From assembly GCA_963797395.1 (NCBI GenBank), contig CAWCPA010000008.1:731484-795483 (forward strand): 64,000 nucleotides of DNA, written 5' to 3'. The DNA is from an uncultured delta proteobacterium (GTDB taxonomy: Bacteria > Myxococcota_A > Polyangia > Polyangiales > Polyangiaceae). This document shows, in pieces, positions 28,212-37,268 of the stretch. Below the pieces are notes generated by a model. It made no database searches. It had not been told where the DNA came from and was given only the letters and a program-made list of their open reading frames with translations. Made by a program: the position numbers and the translations under genes. Every line of letters starts with the position of its first letter. Position 1 is the first letter of the stretch.

Positions 28212-28520
28212 GTGAGGTCGTACGAACACGAACTCGCGGAAGCGATTGACCGACGGAGGGCAGCGGTTGCGAAGAAACGTGCGGCAGATGACTTCGGGTC
28301 CGCCCAGTGGCCGTCAGTCACCGACGCATCCGGGGACGGAGCTGCCCCGACGGGGGGCGCGAACGACCCTGTTCTCGTTCCGGGACCTCGTCGCAAGCGT
28401 CTGGCAAAAGTCGACTTCGCGAAGAAGTGGCACCCCCGACCCGGTGTCTACGTGATCCAAAGCGCTCGCCGGTACGGCGACGTCTCGGATGGGGCTGGGC
28501 CCTGGTCGGCTCCGGCTTGA
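28212..28520 (+). CDS. Hypothetical protein (102 aa), divergent from 27793-28185
   Basis: GTG start. GC content is lower than the surroundings. It ends 6 nt before the IS4-like end. Confidence 0.3.
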   Translation: MRSYEHELAEAIDRRRAAVAKKRAADDFGSAQWPSVTDASGDGAAPTGGANDPVLVPGPRRKRLAKVDFAKKWHPRPGVYVIQSARRYGDVSDGAGPWSAPA

Positions 28521-28639
28521 TCGCATCTGACTTTGAATTTGCAACGGAATCCGCTCGTCGAGCGATGCATGCACGACATCGACGCTTGGGCTGCAGCGGA
28601 GTTCGGTCACGGTGAGTGTCAAAGGAGTTGTCGCCTTTT

Positions 28640-29680
28640 TCAGTCGGCGATGGTGCGCGCGAGCGCACCGGCGATGGTTTCCTGATCGCGTTTCGGGTTG
28701 AGGAAGACGTTGGGGGCCGGGGTCCAGTTCCGGGTGGCCCCAGACCAGCGGTTCGGGTGCCTGCGTCGAGCGCGCTCGTAGACACGGGCGCGGTTGGCGA
28801 GGACCTCGCTCTCACGGCCGTCGTGTCGTTCGTCGGGCGTGACGAAGCGGATGCCGCTGTGACGATGCTCGGTGTTGTACCAGGCGACGAAGCCGGTCAC
28901 CCACGCGCGCGCGTCGTCGAGCGTTTCGAAGGGCTTGTGGGGGTACCCAGGGCGGTACTTCAGCGTTCGGAAGAGCGACTCAATGAAGGGGTTGTCGTCG
29001 CTCACGCTCGGACGGCTGAAGGACGGCACGATGCCGAGATGACGGAGCGTCGTGAGCATCGTCGAGCCGCGCATCGGTCCTCCGTTGTCGGAGTGGAGCA
29101 CCAGGCCGCGCGGATCGACGCCCTCCGCCGAGCACGTCGCGCGCACGAGGGCCGCCGAAGCGTTCATGGATTCCTCCTCGTGGACCTCGAAGCCGACGAT
29201 GCGGCGGCTCCAGACGTCCTCGACCAGGTAGAGGTAGAAGAAGCGCCCTCGGACCGAGCTGAGGAGATACGTGATGTCCCAGCTCCACACCTGGTTGGCC
29301 GCTGTCGCCATGTGCTCCTCGAGATGGCGTACCGTGCGCGGCTTGGTCCGACCGCGATGGGCGTTGAGACCTTCGGCTCGGAGCATGCGGTAGATCGTCG
29401 ACTCCGACGCCAAGTAACGTCCTTCGTCGGCGAGGCGCGGAACGACCTGTTTGGGCGGAAGATCGCGGTACTCCGGCGAATTGACGAGCTCCAGCACCTT
29501 CGCGCGTTCCGACGACGTCAGAGCGTTCGCGGGACGCCTTCGTGGACCAGCGCGCCCGTCGTCGCCGACATCGGCACAGCGCCATCGCTGCATGCTTCGC
29601 TCGGTAAGGCCCATCACGTCGCACGCGCGGTCGCGACGAGCACCAGCCGCCACCGCTTCGTCGACCAGACCGAGGATCAC
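28640..29680 (-). CDS. IS3-family transposase OrfB (rve integrase core)
   Basis: Contains WSWDITYL...LHSDNGGPM...SVSDDNPFIESLFRTLK. Confidence 0.9.
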   Translation of the reverse strand: MILGLVDEAVAAGARRDRACDVMGLTERSMQRWRCADVGDDGRAGPRRRPANALTSSERAKVLELVNSPEYRDLPPKQVVPRLADEGRYLASESTIYRMLRAEGLNAHRGRTKPRTVRHLEEHMATAANQVWSWDITYLLSSVRGRFFYLYLVEDVWSRRIVGFEVHEEESMNASAALVRATCSAEGVDPRGLVLHSDNGGPMRGSTMLTTLRHLGIVPSFSRPSVSDDNPFIESLFRTLKYRPGYPHKPFETLDDARAWVTGFVAWYNTEHRHSGIRFVTPDERHDGRESEVLANRARVYERARRRHPNRWSGATRNWTPAPNVFLNPKRDQETIAGALARTIAD

Positions 29681-30243
29681 TTCCCGTTCCCCTCGTCGGT
29701 GTCGTCGTCCGCGTCCCCCCAGATCTCGCGGACTTTTTTTTGAAGGACCAGCAGCGCCGCCGCCTCCGCGAGCGCCTTGTCCTTGCGGCGCAGCTCGCGT
29801 TCGAGCTCCTTGATCCTCTTGCTCTCACCGCCACGCGCCGACGTCTTCGGACCACCGCTCTCGAGAGCTGCCTGCCCCGCGTCCAGCACCGCGGCACGCC
29901 ACTGTTCGAGCTCGGCTTCGTGCACGCCCTCGCGACGAAGGAACGCACCGAGCTCGCCAGGGGCGAGGGCTGCCGCCGCCATCACGATGCGCAGCTTCTC
30001 GGCTGCCGACCGGCCGCTCCCGCTTTGCACGACGGGCTCCGATGGGCGTTCCTTCTTCATCGAGGCCAGAGTAGGAGCCGTCCGGAGCCAGCGCGAGAGC
30101 TGGGACTGCGAGACTCCGACCTCCTTCGACAGGCTCATCGCCGAGATCGGGTTCGGCGCGGACATCCGCTGCACCATCTTCGCCTTGAAACTATCCGTGT
30201 AGACCACGAGATTCGCTGCTCTCGCCCCCTGATCTTGAGGCAC
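29677..30243 (-). CDS. IS3-family transposase OrfA (HTH plus leucine zipper)
   Basis: Contains MSLSKEVGVSQSQLSRWL and ELERELRRKDKALAEAAALLVLQKK. Confidence 0.88.
   Translation of the reverse strand: MPQDQGARAANLVVYTDSFKAKMVQRMSAPNPISAMSLSKEVGVSQSQLSRWLRTAPTLASMKKERPSEPVVQSGSGRSAAEKLRIVMAAAALAPGELGAFLRREGVHEAELEQWRAAVLDAGQAALESGGPKTSARGGESKRIKELERELRRKDKALAEAAALLVLQKKVREIWGDADDDTDEGNGK
29734..29741 (-). other. Programmed -1 frameshift site of IS3 copy 1
   Basis: The minus strand reads CAA AAA AAA GTC. A -1 slip enters the OrfB frame (..KKSPRDLGG..VILGLVDEA). Confidence 0.6.
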
Positions 30244-31809
30244 TCACGCCGCTACGCGGCGGGCGACAACTTCTCTGACACAGGGGGGTCATGCCAAGCT
30301 TGGGGATGCGCGCCGCACGCGGCGGTTGGTGAGCACAGCGGCCGAGGTGGCGCGGCGGCCGGCGCCAACGGTGAGCCACGCGCTCGCGTCGAGCGCATCT
30401 CGTGAGGGGGCGTTTCGACTTCTCGAAAATCGTGCCGTTCGCCATGAGGCAGTAGGACGCGCCAGCCACGGGCGCACCTTCGAGCGCTGCGCCCAGGAGG
30501 CGCTCGTCTATATCGCAGTGGATGGCAGCTCCATCACGCTCAGGGACCCCAACGGGGAGCTGGGTGGCGTCGGGACCTGGAAGGAAGGAGCCCGCGGTGT
30601 CCAAGCGATGACCTGTTTTGCGGTCAGCGAGAGCGGCGTGCCCCTCGGGGTCTGTGCGCAGGACCTATGGGTTCGCCAAGAGCGCTCCAAGGGCCGACAG
30701 AAGGATCCCGTTGAGAAGAAGGAGACGCGCTACTGGCTCCGGGCGCTGTCGGCCACCTACGAGGCGTTTCAACAGTACGCGCCGCGATGCACCCCTTGGT
30801 TCCAGTTGGATCGCGGGGCGGACGCCGTGGATGTCTTGCGCCATGCCCAAGATCTCCAACTGCGAGTCACCGTTCGTGCCGCGTATCGCCGAAAGCTCGC
30901 CGACGGTGGCGAGCTGTGGGCGAAGGTCCAGCGTGCGCCCGTGCTTGCGACTCGGCGCATCGAGGTTCCCGCGCGACCGGCCAGGGTGCGAAAGAAACGC
31001 ATTGGCAACCGGAGGCGTATCTCTGTGCCGGTGCCGGCGACACCGGCGCGCGTCGCAACGGTCGCCATTCGCGCTTGCAGCGTCCAGCTTGCCTGCAGCG
31101 ACAGGCGCACCAAACGCCAAGACGTCGTCACCATGAACGTCGTCATGGTCCGCGAGAAAGGGCGCGGTCCCGGCAAAGATCCGCTCGAATGGGTGCTGCT
31201 TACGACGAGCCCCGTCCGGACGCGCAAGGACGCTCTGCGCGTGGTCGACGGTTACGCCCAGCGGTGGCGCATCGAGGAGTTCCACAGGACCTGGAAGCGT
31301 GGCTTGTGCTGCGTCGAGCAGACGCAGCTTCGCTCTCGCGAGGCGATCTTCAAGTGGGCGGTTATCCTCTCCGCTGTGGCGGCACGCGCGATGCGCATCA
31401 CCTACCTGGCCCGCGACAAGCCTGATCTGCCGGCCACCGAAGAGTTCTCGGACCTCGAACTCGATGCCATCCTCGCACTGAGGGAGCCAAAGAACCTCGA
31501 CCCCAACGCGGTTCTCTCCCTCGCTCAGGTAGTTCGCTGGATCGCTGACATCGGAGGCTACACCGGACCTTGGAACGGACCTCCGGGGCCCACTGTCGTC
31601 GGGCGCGGCCTCCATGACGTCCTGGTTACCGCCCGCGCGCTTGGTAATCGCGAGCGGCGTAAAGCCAGCAGGAAGATGCGATGAAACCTCAGCCGACCAG
31701 GGCCCAGTCAAGCCTTGCCCAGAACGCCGCGACTGAGCCGGCTGCCGGCCGCACCCACGGCCGTGCCGCACGCCCCAGGGGTCGCTTCCGCCCGGCGTTC
31801 TCCAAGGAC

Positions 31810-32266
31810 GGACGCCTGTCGTCGGTCGCCATCGAGGCCGCGGAGCTCGCGCTGATCGTCGAGGGCATCGAGCTGGCCGGTGCGCGCCGTCGACCCCGAT
31901 GGCAGCCCGCCGCACTGCCGGCAAAGAAGAAAGTCGCTCGGCTCGGGAACTAACTCCGCGGCCCACGCCTTGACCGCGTGAATGGCTGCGCGCGACAACG
32001 TCACCTCCGCCTTCGCTCCGGATCTCGACGAGGTCCGCGCGTGGCTCGAGAAGATGATCGCGGCGCTCCGATTCGTTGAGCTGGTCGCGGCGGTTCTGGC
32101 GCTCATCGGACGCATGCGCGACATCAACGCCGAGCTCGTGAGCCAGCTCGCCGTCCTGCGCCGCAAGCCGCCTCGCTCCGAGACGCTCGACCGCGTCGAG
32201 CGCCAGCTCGTACTGCCGCTCGTCACCGTGGCCGCGATGGTAACCGTACGGCTTGCGACGTCGTGA
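31810..32266 (+). pseudogene. IS66-family fragment: TnpB C-terminus plus TnpC N-terminus
   Basis: Contains ...VAIEAAELALIVEGIELAGARRRPRW... and then ...AELVSQLAVLRRKPPRSETLDRVERQLVLPL. Confidence 0.5.
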
Positions 32267-32273
32267 CGGTGTC

Positions 32274-32549
32274 TTACTCGTCCAGGGGTGGCGCACCGAT
32301 CGGCCAATCAACGGGCGCTCCAGCGCCGTCGAGCAGCTGCCCGCCTCTGAGGAGTTTGCGCACGAAAATCAGCGCGCACTCGTAGGCGTTCTTCTCGTCT
32401 TCTCCGTAGACCGTCATCGAGTCATGCATCGGCTGATCGACGACGACGCGGCATTCATAGGGGGCGCTGTCGCTGCTCCGCGGGGACCCGATCTCGAAAC
32501 GGCAGGGACGCGTCTCGCTGCCCACCACGATGCTGCCTTCGAAACGCAT
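32274..32549 (-). CDS. Small hypothetical cytoplasmic protein (91 aa), sandwiched between IS66 relics
   Basis: Clean ORF, about 62% GC. No motif I can name with confidence. Confidence 0.4.
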   Translation of the reverse strand: MRFEGSIVVGSETRPCRFEIGSPRSSDSAPYECRVVVDQPMHDSMTVYGEDEKNAYECALIFVRKLLRGGQLLDGAGAPVDWPIGAPPLDE

Positions 32550-32598
32550 GCGGGTGCCTCAGTGTACAGTGGGCGCTCGGCCGCGTCGTGGGGGCGCC

Positions 32599-33090
32599 TT
32601 ACTCCTCGTCGCGGGCGATCCACGCTCCAGGCAGCAGCTCGTGGATGCCGCTTGCCGGGTGATCCTGCACGCGGGCCAAGACGTCCGTGAGGTATTCGAA
32701 AGGATTGATTCCGCGCGCCTCGCAGGTCGCCACGATTGAGTACAGACCCGCGATGTTCGCGCCACGCTCGACGTCGTGGACGAAGAGGTAGTTCTTGCGA
32801 CCGAGGGCCACGCGGCGAAGCGCTCGTTCCGAGCCGTTGTTGTCGAGCGGCACGCGCGTGTCGGTGAGGAAGACGCCGAGCTGCTTCCACTGGTTGTCGG
32901 CGTAACGGATCGCCGCCCCGATGGGGCTCTTCGGGGGGTGGCGATCGCGATGGGCGTCGACCCAGGCTCGCATGCGGGCGCGGATCGGCCCGGCGCGCTG
33001 TTTCCGAAACTCCAACTTTGAGCGGCCCACCAACTGCTGCTCGTCGGCCGCGTGCTCGGCGATGTACAGCCCGGCCACGAGGTCGAGCAT
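32599..33090 (-). pseudogene. IS66-family TnpC, C-terminal third only
   Basis: Contains ...LYIAEH...RVPLDNNGSERALRRVALGRKNYLF...ARGINPFEYLTDVL... Confidence 0.8.
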
Positions 33091-33195
33091 CTCCTGCGCG
33101 ACGGGTGGAGGCTCCCCTCAGCGACGTAGGCGCCGGCGGCTTGGGCTCGCCAGAGCATCCTCTCGCCATGCGAAGGCGATCACCCACGAAGCGTG

Positions 33196-33296
33196 TTTTG
33201 GAGAGATTTTGGAGACGGGCGCGCCGACGGGCCCCAGACCCGTCGGCATGCCGAGCCCGGACCGTCGGCGCGCCCGTCTCCAAAATCTCTCCAAAA
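33196..33296. repeat. 101-bp palindromic (MITE-like) element with 35-bp perfect arms
   Basis: TTTTGGAGAGATTTTGGAGACGGGCGCGCCGACGG (33196-33230) is the exact reverse complement of 33262-33296. The spacer is 31 nt. Confidence 0.85.
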
Positions 33297-33422
33297 ACTG
33301 GGTCGGATCAGGGGGTGACGGGGAGACTCCAGGGGAGATCCCGCTCGGTGGAAAGACCAACGATTCCGAACCCTAGAGACGAAAGACGAGCGGCATCACC
33401 TAGTTACCAAATGCCACTCACT

Positions 33423-33448
33423 GGGGTTCGAAACCCCGTCGGTCACCC
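33423..33448 (+). other. tRNA-like T-arm/acceptor fragment (possible att relic)
   Basis: GGGGTTCGAAACCCC followed by GTCGGTCACCC. The complementary GGGTGAC lies at 33313-33319. No full cloverleaf can be folded. Confidence 0.25.
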
Positions 33449-33768
33449 TACAAACGCCGGGAAAAGCCACAGGTCCCGGCGTCACCTGTGAGCACCTGAG
33501 GCCAATCGATCCAGGATCCGGTTCTCACCCGGTTCTCAGGGTGCGCAGCCCAAACGGGGGCGGCCGGCCTAGCCCGGCGCACCGGGCTCCTTCTCGGGGT
33601 ACGCAACCACCTTGGCCGAGATGGCGACGCAGTGGAACAACTCGATGGTCGCGCTGTGGATTCTTCTCATTTCGGTCCTCGACAATGAGGGGGTCGGGGC
33701 GGACTCGCTGCGACTGCTCCGGCCAGATCCCGACGGCCGGCCTAGATCCCAGGCTCGCCCCCCGTTTC

Positions 33769-34807
33769 TCATCGCTTGCCTGACCGCTCGCGCCGAAAGG
33801 CCCACGGCGTCATCCCCGTCCACCGCTTGAACGCCCGCCGGAACGAGTCGGCCTCCGAGAACCCCAACCGCAACGCAACCTCTTCAATCGTTGCCGTCGG
33901 ATTCTCCAGCAGCGTTCGAGCCACGTCGGCGACTGCGTCTTCCACGACCTCCGCGAAGGTCACCCTCTCCTCTTGAAGGCGTCGCTGCAGAGTTCGCGAG
34001 CTCACCGACAGCCGTCGCGCCACGTCGTTCGTCGATATCCGCGGCGCGACGTCGTTCGCTTGATGCCGGGGGCGAGCACACTCCCGGGTGACTACCGCCC
34101 GTACCCTCGCCGCGACTGACGATCCCAACGCCTGCAGTCTGAGGTTGGCTTGGCCCTCGAGCCGCGCCTCGACCTCCGCGTCAGCATGGAGCGGCGGCTC
34201 GTCGAGGAGCCGGCGCTCGAACATGACGCGGGTCTCTCTATGCCCGAATGTCACGGGGGACCCGAGCACATTCAGGTACTCGGCGGCATAAGGCGGCGTT
34301 TGATGCTCGAACTGGATGACGCTCGCGCGTCGCTTGACCATGGCCGACATGCGCCCGAACCGCACGAGGGCCGTGATGCCCAGCTCCGCGCGCAGGCGGC
34401 TACACCGCTCGCTCGCGCGGATGATGTGGAGGGTCAGGATGGCTAGGTCGCCGTGCTCGATGAGCGAGGGCGCCTCGCAATCGGAGACCAGGCGTCGGTA
34501 CCGGCGGAAGACCTCGATCGCCTCGCGGATTGTCGAGCAGTGAACCGACATCGAGCCCACCAGGTCGAAGGTGGCGAGCGGCGCCCTCGCGCCCATGTGC
34601 AGACCCAGAGCAGGGTCGCCCGTCAGAATCGAGCGCGAGCTCCTGCAGGCGCTCGTAGACGTCGAGCCCGACGCGAGCGGTGGCGTCAGCCAGGGTCGCG
34701 CCGTTCAAGCCCGCGCGAGCGAGAAAATCTTCAGCGGGAATCCCCACGCGCGCCACCTCGTCGACCAGCGTGCGAACGAGCGCAATCGACACGCCCGGAC
34801 GCTGCAC
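33769..34807 (-). pseudogene. AraC-family regulator (AraC_binding_2-type N-terminus plus HTH), frameshifted
   Basis: The N-terminal frame ...ERLQELALDSDG and the frame DPALGLHMGARAPLATF... are joined by one extra G in a run at 34619-34621. The C-terminal HTH reads RLGFSEADSFRRAFKRWTG. Confidence 0.75.
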
Positions 34808-34868
34808 GATCAGCTCAGTGGACCGAATTGCGGCAGGCGACTGTCCACGATCCCGGGGGAAGCTCAAT

Positions 34869-35705
34869 TCAGCTCGCGCTCGCCCGCTGCCGGAACGTCT
34901 CCTTCGCCGCGCGACCGCGGCGCTCAAGCAGCGGCGTGAGGCGCGAGCGGAGCGCCGGGAACAGATAGCCGAACGTCGTCGCGAGGCTCGATCCGCGCGA
35001 AGGCGTGCGCTCTCTCCGCCCGTCGGCGGCGGAGTCGAGTACCAGCGCTGCGATCTGCGCGGCCGTCCTCACCGGCTGCGAGAACACCAGGTCGGGGACG
35101 TGGTCGAGGTCGGTCATGATGAAACCGGTGTCGACCGGCCCAGGCGAGACGACGGCGACGGTGATGGCCGACCCGGCAAGCTCCTCGGCCAGCGAGAAGC
35201 TGAAGGCCCGCAGACCGAACTTGGTGGCCGAGTATGTCGCCTCGTGAGGCAGCGGCACGCGGCCGGCGAGGGACGCCACGTTGACGATCGCACCGGCGCC
35301 GCGACGCCTCAGGTAGGGCAGCACTGCGCGCGTCAGTAGGATCGGCGCCGTCAGGTTGACGGCCACGATTCCTGCGAGCTCCGCGCCGGTGCGCTCCTCC
35401 ACCGCACCGCGGTAGTTGGCGCCGGCGTTGTTGACCAGCACGTCGATGCCGCCGAGCTCTCCGGCCGCGCGCTCCAGCAGTCGCTCCGGCGCGCCCGGCT
35501 CGCCGATGTCGATAGGCACGGCGAGCGCCCGGCCCCCCGCCGCGACAATCTCGCCGACGCGCTGCTGGAGCGGCGCGGCCGAACGGGCGGCGAGCACCAC
35601 GTGCCCGCCCTCGGCCGCGAAGGCGCGCGCGGCCGCCGCCCCGATGCCGGACGAAGCGCCGGTGATGACGATGACCTTCCCTTCGAATCGCTGATCCGCC
35701 TTCAT
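34869..35705 (-). CDS. Short-chain dehydrogenase/reductase
   Basis: Contains KVIVITGASSGIG, NNAG and YSATK. Confidence 0.88.
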   Translation of the reverse strand: MKADQRFEGKVIVITGASSGIGAAAARAFAAEGGHVVLAARSAAPLQQRVGEIVAAGGRALAVPIDIGEPGAPERLLERAAGELGGIDVLVNNAGANYRGAVEERTGAELAGIVAVNLTAPILLTRAVLPYLRRRGAGAIVNVASLAGRVPLPHEATYSATKFGLRAFSFSLAEELAGSAITVAVVSPGPVDTGFIMTDLDHVPDLVFSQPVRTAAQIAALVLDSAADGRRERTPSRGSSLATTFGYLFPALRSRLTPLLERRGRAAKETFRQRASAS

Positions 35706-36517
35706 GGTGTGTCTCGTGCTGTTTGCTTGAGCCGCTCGCGGAGGCTCCCCGCGTAGTGTGGCTGTTGGAGCGCGATCTGCCGGACGAGCGCGCACCACTG
35801 CAGGGCGATGCGTGCCGGGTGCGTGAGCGTTTCGCGGGCCTGAACGGCGGCGTGGTGTGGGACCTCGACGACGTCGCCCCACTTCGGCAAGAGGCCCATG
35901 CACAGCTCGCACGTCCTCTCCAGGTCGAGCATGTCCACGACCGCCTCCTCGATCGAGTGGCCGAGCGTGATGAGCCCGTGGTTCTGCAGCACGGCGACGC
36001 GCTTGCCGGCGACGCCGGCCGCGAGCTGGCGCGCCAGGTCCTTGGTGTTGACCATGCCGCCGTACTCGGAGACGAGGGTGTGGTCTTCGTGAAAGGAGCA
36101 CGCGGTCTGGTCGACGAGCTTGATCGGGATCCCGAGCGCAGAGAACGCGGTGCCCCGGGGGGGATGGGTGTGGCAGATCGCGACGACGTCGGGGCGCTGC
36201 TCGTGCAAGGTCGAGTGGATGGCGAAGGCAGCCTGGTTGTAGGGGCGCTGCCCCTCGATGACGTTGCCTGCGCCGTCGATGAGCAACAGGTCGTCCGCGG
36301 TGATCTCCTCGAAGAGGAGCCCGAGCGGATTGACCCAGAACTGGTCGCGCGTCCCGGGCACACGGCAGCTGATGTGGCCCGCGATGCCGTCGTCCATCTT
36401 TCGCCGCGCGATGATGCGGAACGCCGCGGCGAGGTTGCATCTGAGCGCGACGCACTCGGGCGTGCTCCGGTCGAACGGCGAGGTCTCGAAGCGGTCGTGC
36501 AGGTTTCTCTGGGCCAT
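35702..36517 (-). CDS. Class II aldolase/adducin-domain protein
   Basis: Contains GHISCRVP...AIHSTLHEQRPDVVAICHTHPP...LQNHGLITLG. Its stop overlaps the SDR start (ATGA). Confidence 0.85.
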   Translation of the reverse strand: MAQRNLHDRFETSPFDRSTPECVALRCNLAAAFRIIARRKMDDGIAGHISCRVPGTRDQFWVNPLGLLFEEITADDLLLIDGAGNVIEGQRPYNQAAFAIHSTLHEQRPDVVAICHTHPPRGTAFSALGIPIKLVDQTACSFHEDHTLVSEYGGMVNTKDLARQLAAGVAGKRVAVLQNHGLITLGHSIEEAVVDMLDLERTCELCMGLLPKWGDVVEVPHHAAVQARETLTHPARIALQWCALVRQIALQQPHYAGSLRERLKQTARDTP

Positions 36518-36597
36518 GGTCCTTGTGCCTCCCGGGCTGGCGAGGGCACAATGCGACGGATTGCTCGCTTTCGCTACTCGCGTTCGAGGAGGGTAGT

Positions 36598-37224
36598 TTG
36601 GCTCGCTTGCCGGCAGCACGTGTCCGCCCGCGAAAGAGGCCCGTGCAGCGGCGCTCGCGCGAGATGCTCGAGGCCATCCTGCAGGCGGCGACTCGCGTTC
36701 TGATCCGGGAGGGCTATACGCGGACGACCACCAATCGCGTCGCCGCGGCGGCCGGGATCAGCGTCGGCTCGCTGTATCAGTACTTCCCGAGCAAGGACGC
36801 GCTGGTCGTGGCGCTGCTGCGCCGGCACCGCGAGGACATGGTGCGGGTGCTCGCGTCCCACCTCGACGGCCTCACCGATACGACGCCGGTCGAGACGGCG
36901 GTGCGCGCGCTGGTCCGCGCGATGCTCGAGACGCATGGGATCAACCCGCGCCTGCACCGCGTCATGATCGAGGAGGTCCTGCGGAAGGATGCGCGCGCGG
37001 AGGTCGGCGACTTCGAGCCCCAGGTCGAGCAGCTGCTCGCGACCGCGCTCCACCGGTACCGGGATCGCCTGCGTATCCGCAACGTCGAGCTCGCGGCCTT
37101 CATCCTGGTCCGCATGATGCTGGGGGTGGCCCACGCCGCCGTCGTGGATAACCCCGAGCGCGCGCGCGACCCGCGCCTCGCCGACGAGCTGAGTGACATC
37201 GTGCTCCGGTACCTGGTGGAGTGA
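36598..37224 (+). CDS. TetR-family transcriptional regulator, divergent from the aldolase-SDR operon
   Basis: Contains ILQAATRVLIREGYTRTTTNRVAAAAGISVGSLYQYFPSKDAL. Start is TTG at 36598 or ATG at 36664. Confidence 0.85.
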   Translation: MARLPAARVRPRKRPVQRRSREMLEAILQAATRVLIREGYTRTTTNRVAAAAGISVGSLYQYFPSKDALVVALLRRHREDMVRVLASHLDGLTDTTPVETAVRALVRAMLETHGINPRLHRVMIEEVLRKDARAEVGDFEPQVEQLLATALHRYRDRLRIRNVELAAFILVRMMLGVAHAAVVDNPERARDPRLADELSDIVLRYLVE

Positions 37225-37268
37225 AGTCGGCCGTCGTCGTTGCCCGGGGAGAGCCAAACCGTCGACCG

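Larger units (their letters stand above)
28613..30282 (-). mobile_element. IS3-family insertion sequence, copy 1 (apparently intact)
   Basis: Terminal inverted repeats TGAGTGTCAAAGGAGTTGTCGCC and GGCGACAACTTCTCTGACACA (TG...CA ends). Carries orfA and orfB. Confidence 0.85.
28569..31684 (+). pseudogene. Tn5-like DDE transposase split by the IS3 insertion after codon 15
   Basis: MHDIDAWAAAEFGHG (28569-28613), then the IS, then ...HAKLGDARRTRRLVSTAAEVARRP... (30284 onward), with VVDGYAQRWRIEEFHRTWK near the C-terminus. Confidence 0.8.
28527..31720 (+). mobile_element. IS4-family (Tn5/IS50-like) element carrying a nested IS3 insertion; the right end is uncertain
   Basis: The left end CTGACTTTGAATTTGCAAC resembles the Tn5 outside end (CTGACTC...). 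The transposase gene spans 28569-31684. No clear right inverted repeat was found. Confidence 0.55.

Noticed and set aside
33313-33448. A complete tRNA or two-piece tmRNA gene.
   Set aside because: Only a T-arm plus a partial acceptor can be folded. The spacing between the complementary 7-mers (about 125 nt) fits neither a tRNA nor a tmRNA. It is kept only as a low-confidence fragment.
33541-33830. Short ORFs (72-84 aa) and a 33-codon ORF (MRRIHSATIELFHCVAIS...) downstream of the AraC gene.
   Set aside because: The ORFs overlap and are mutually exclusive. The region is full of inverted repeats (AAACGGGGG and CGGCCGGCCTAG motifs). No family signature was found.
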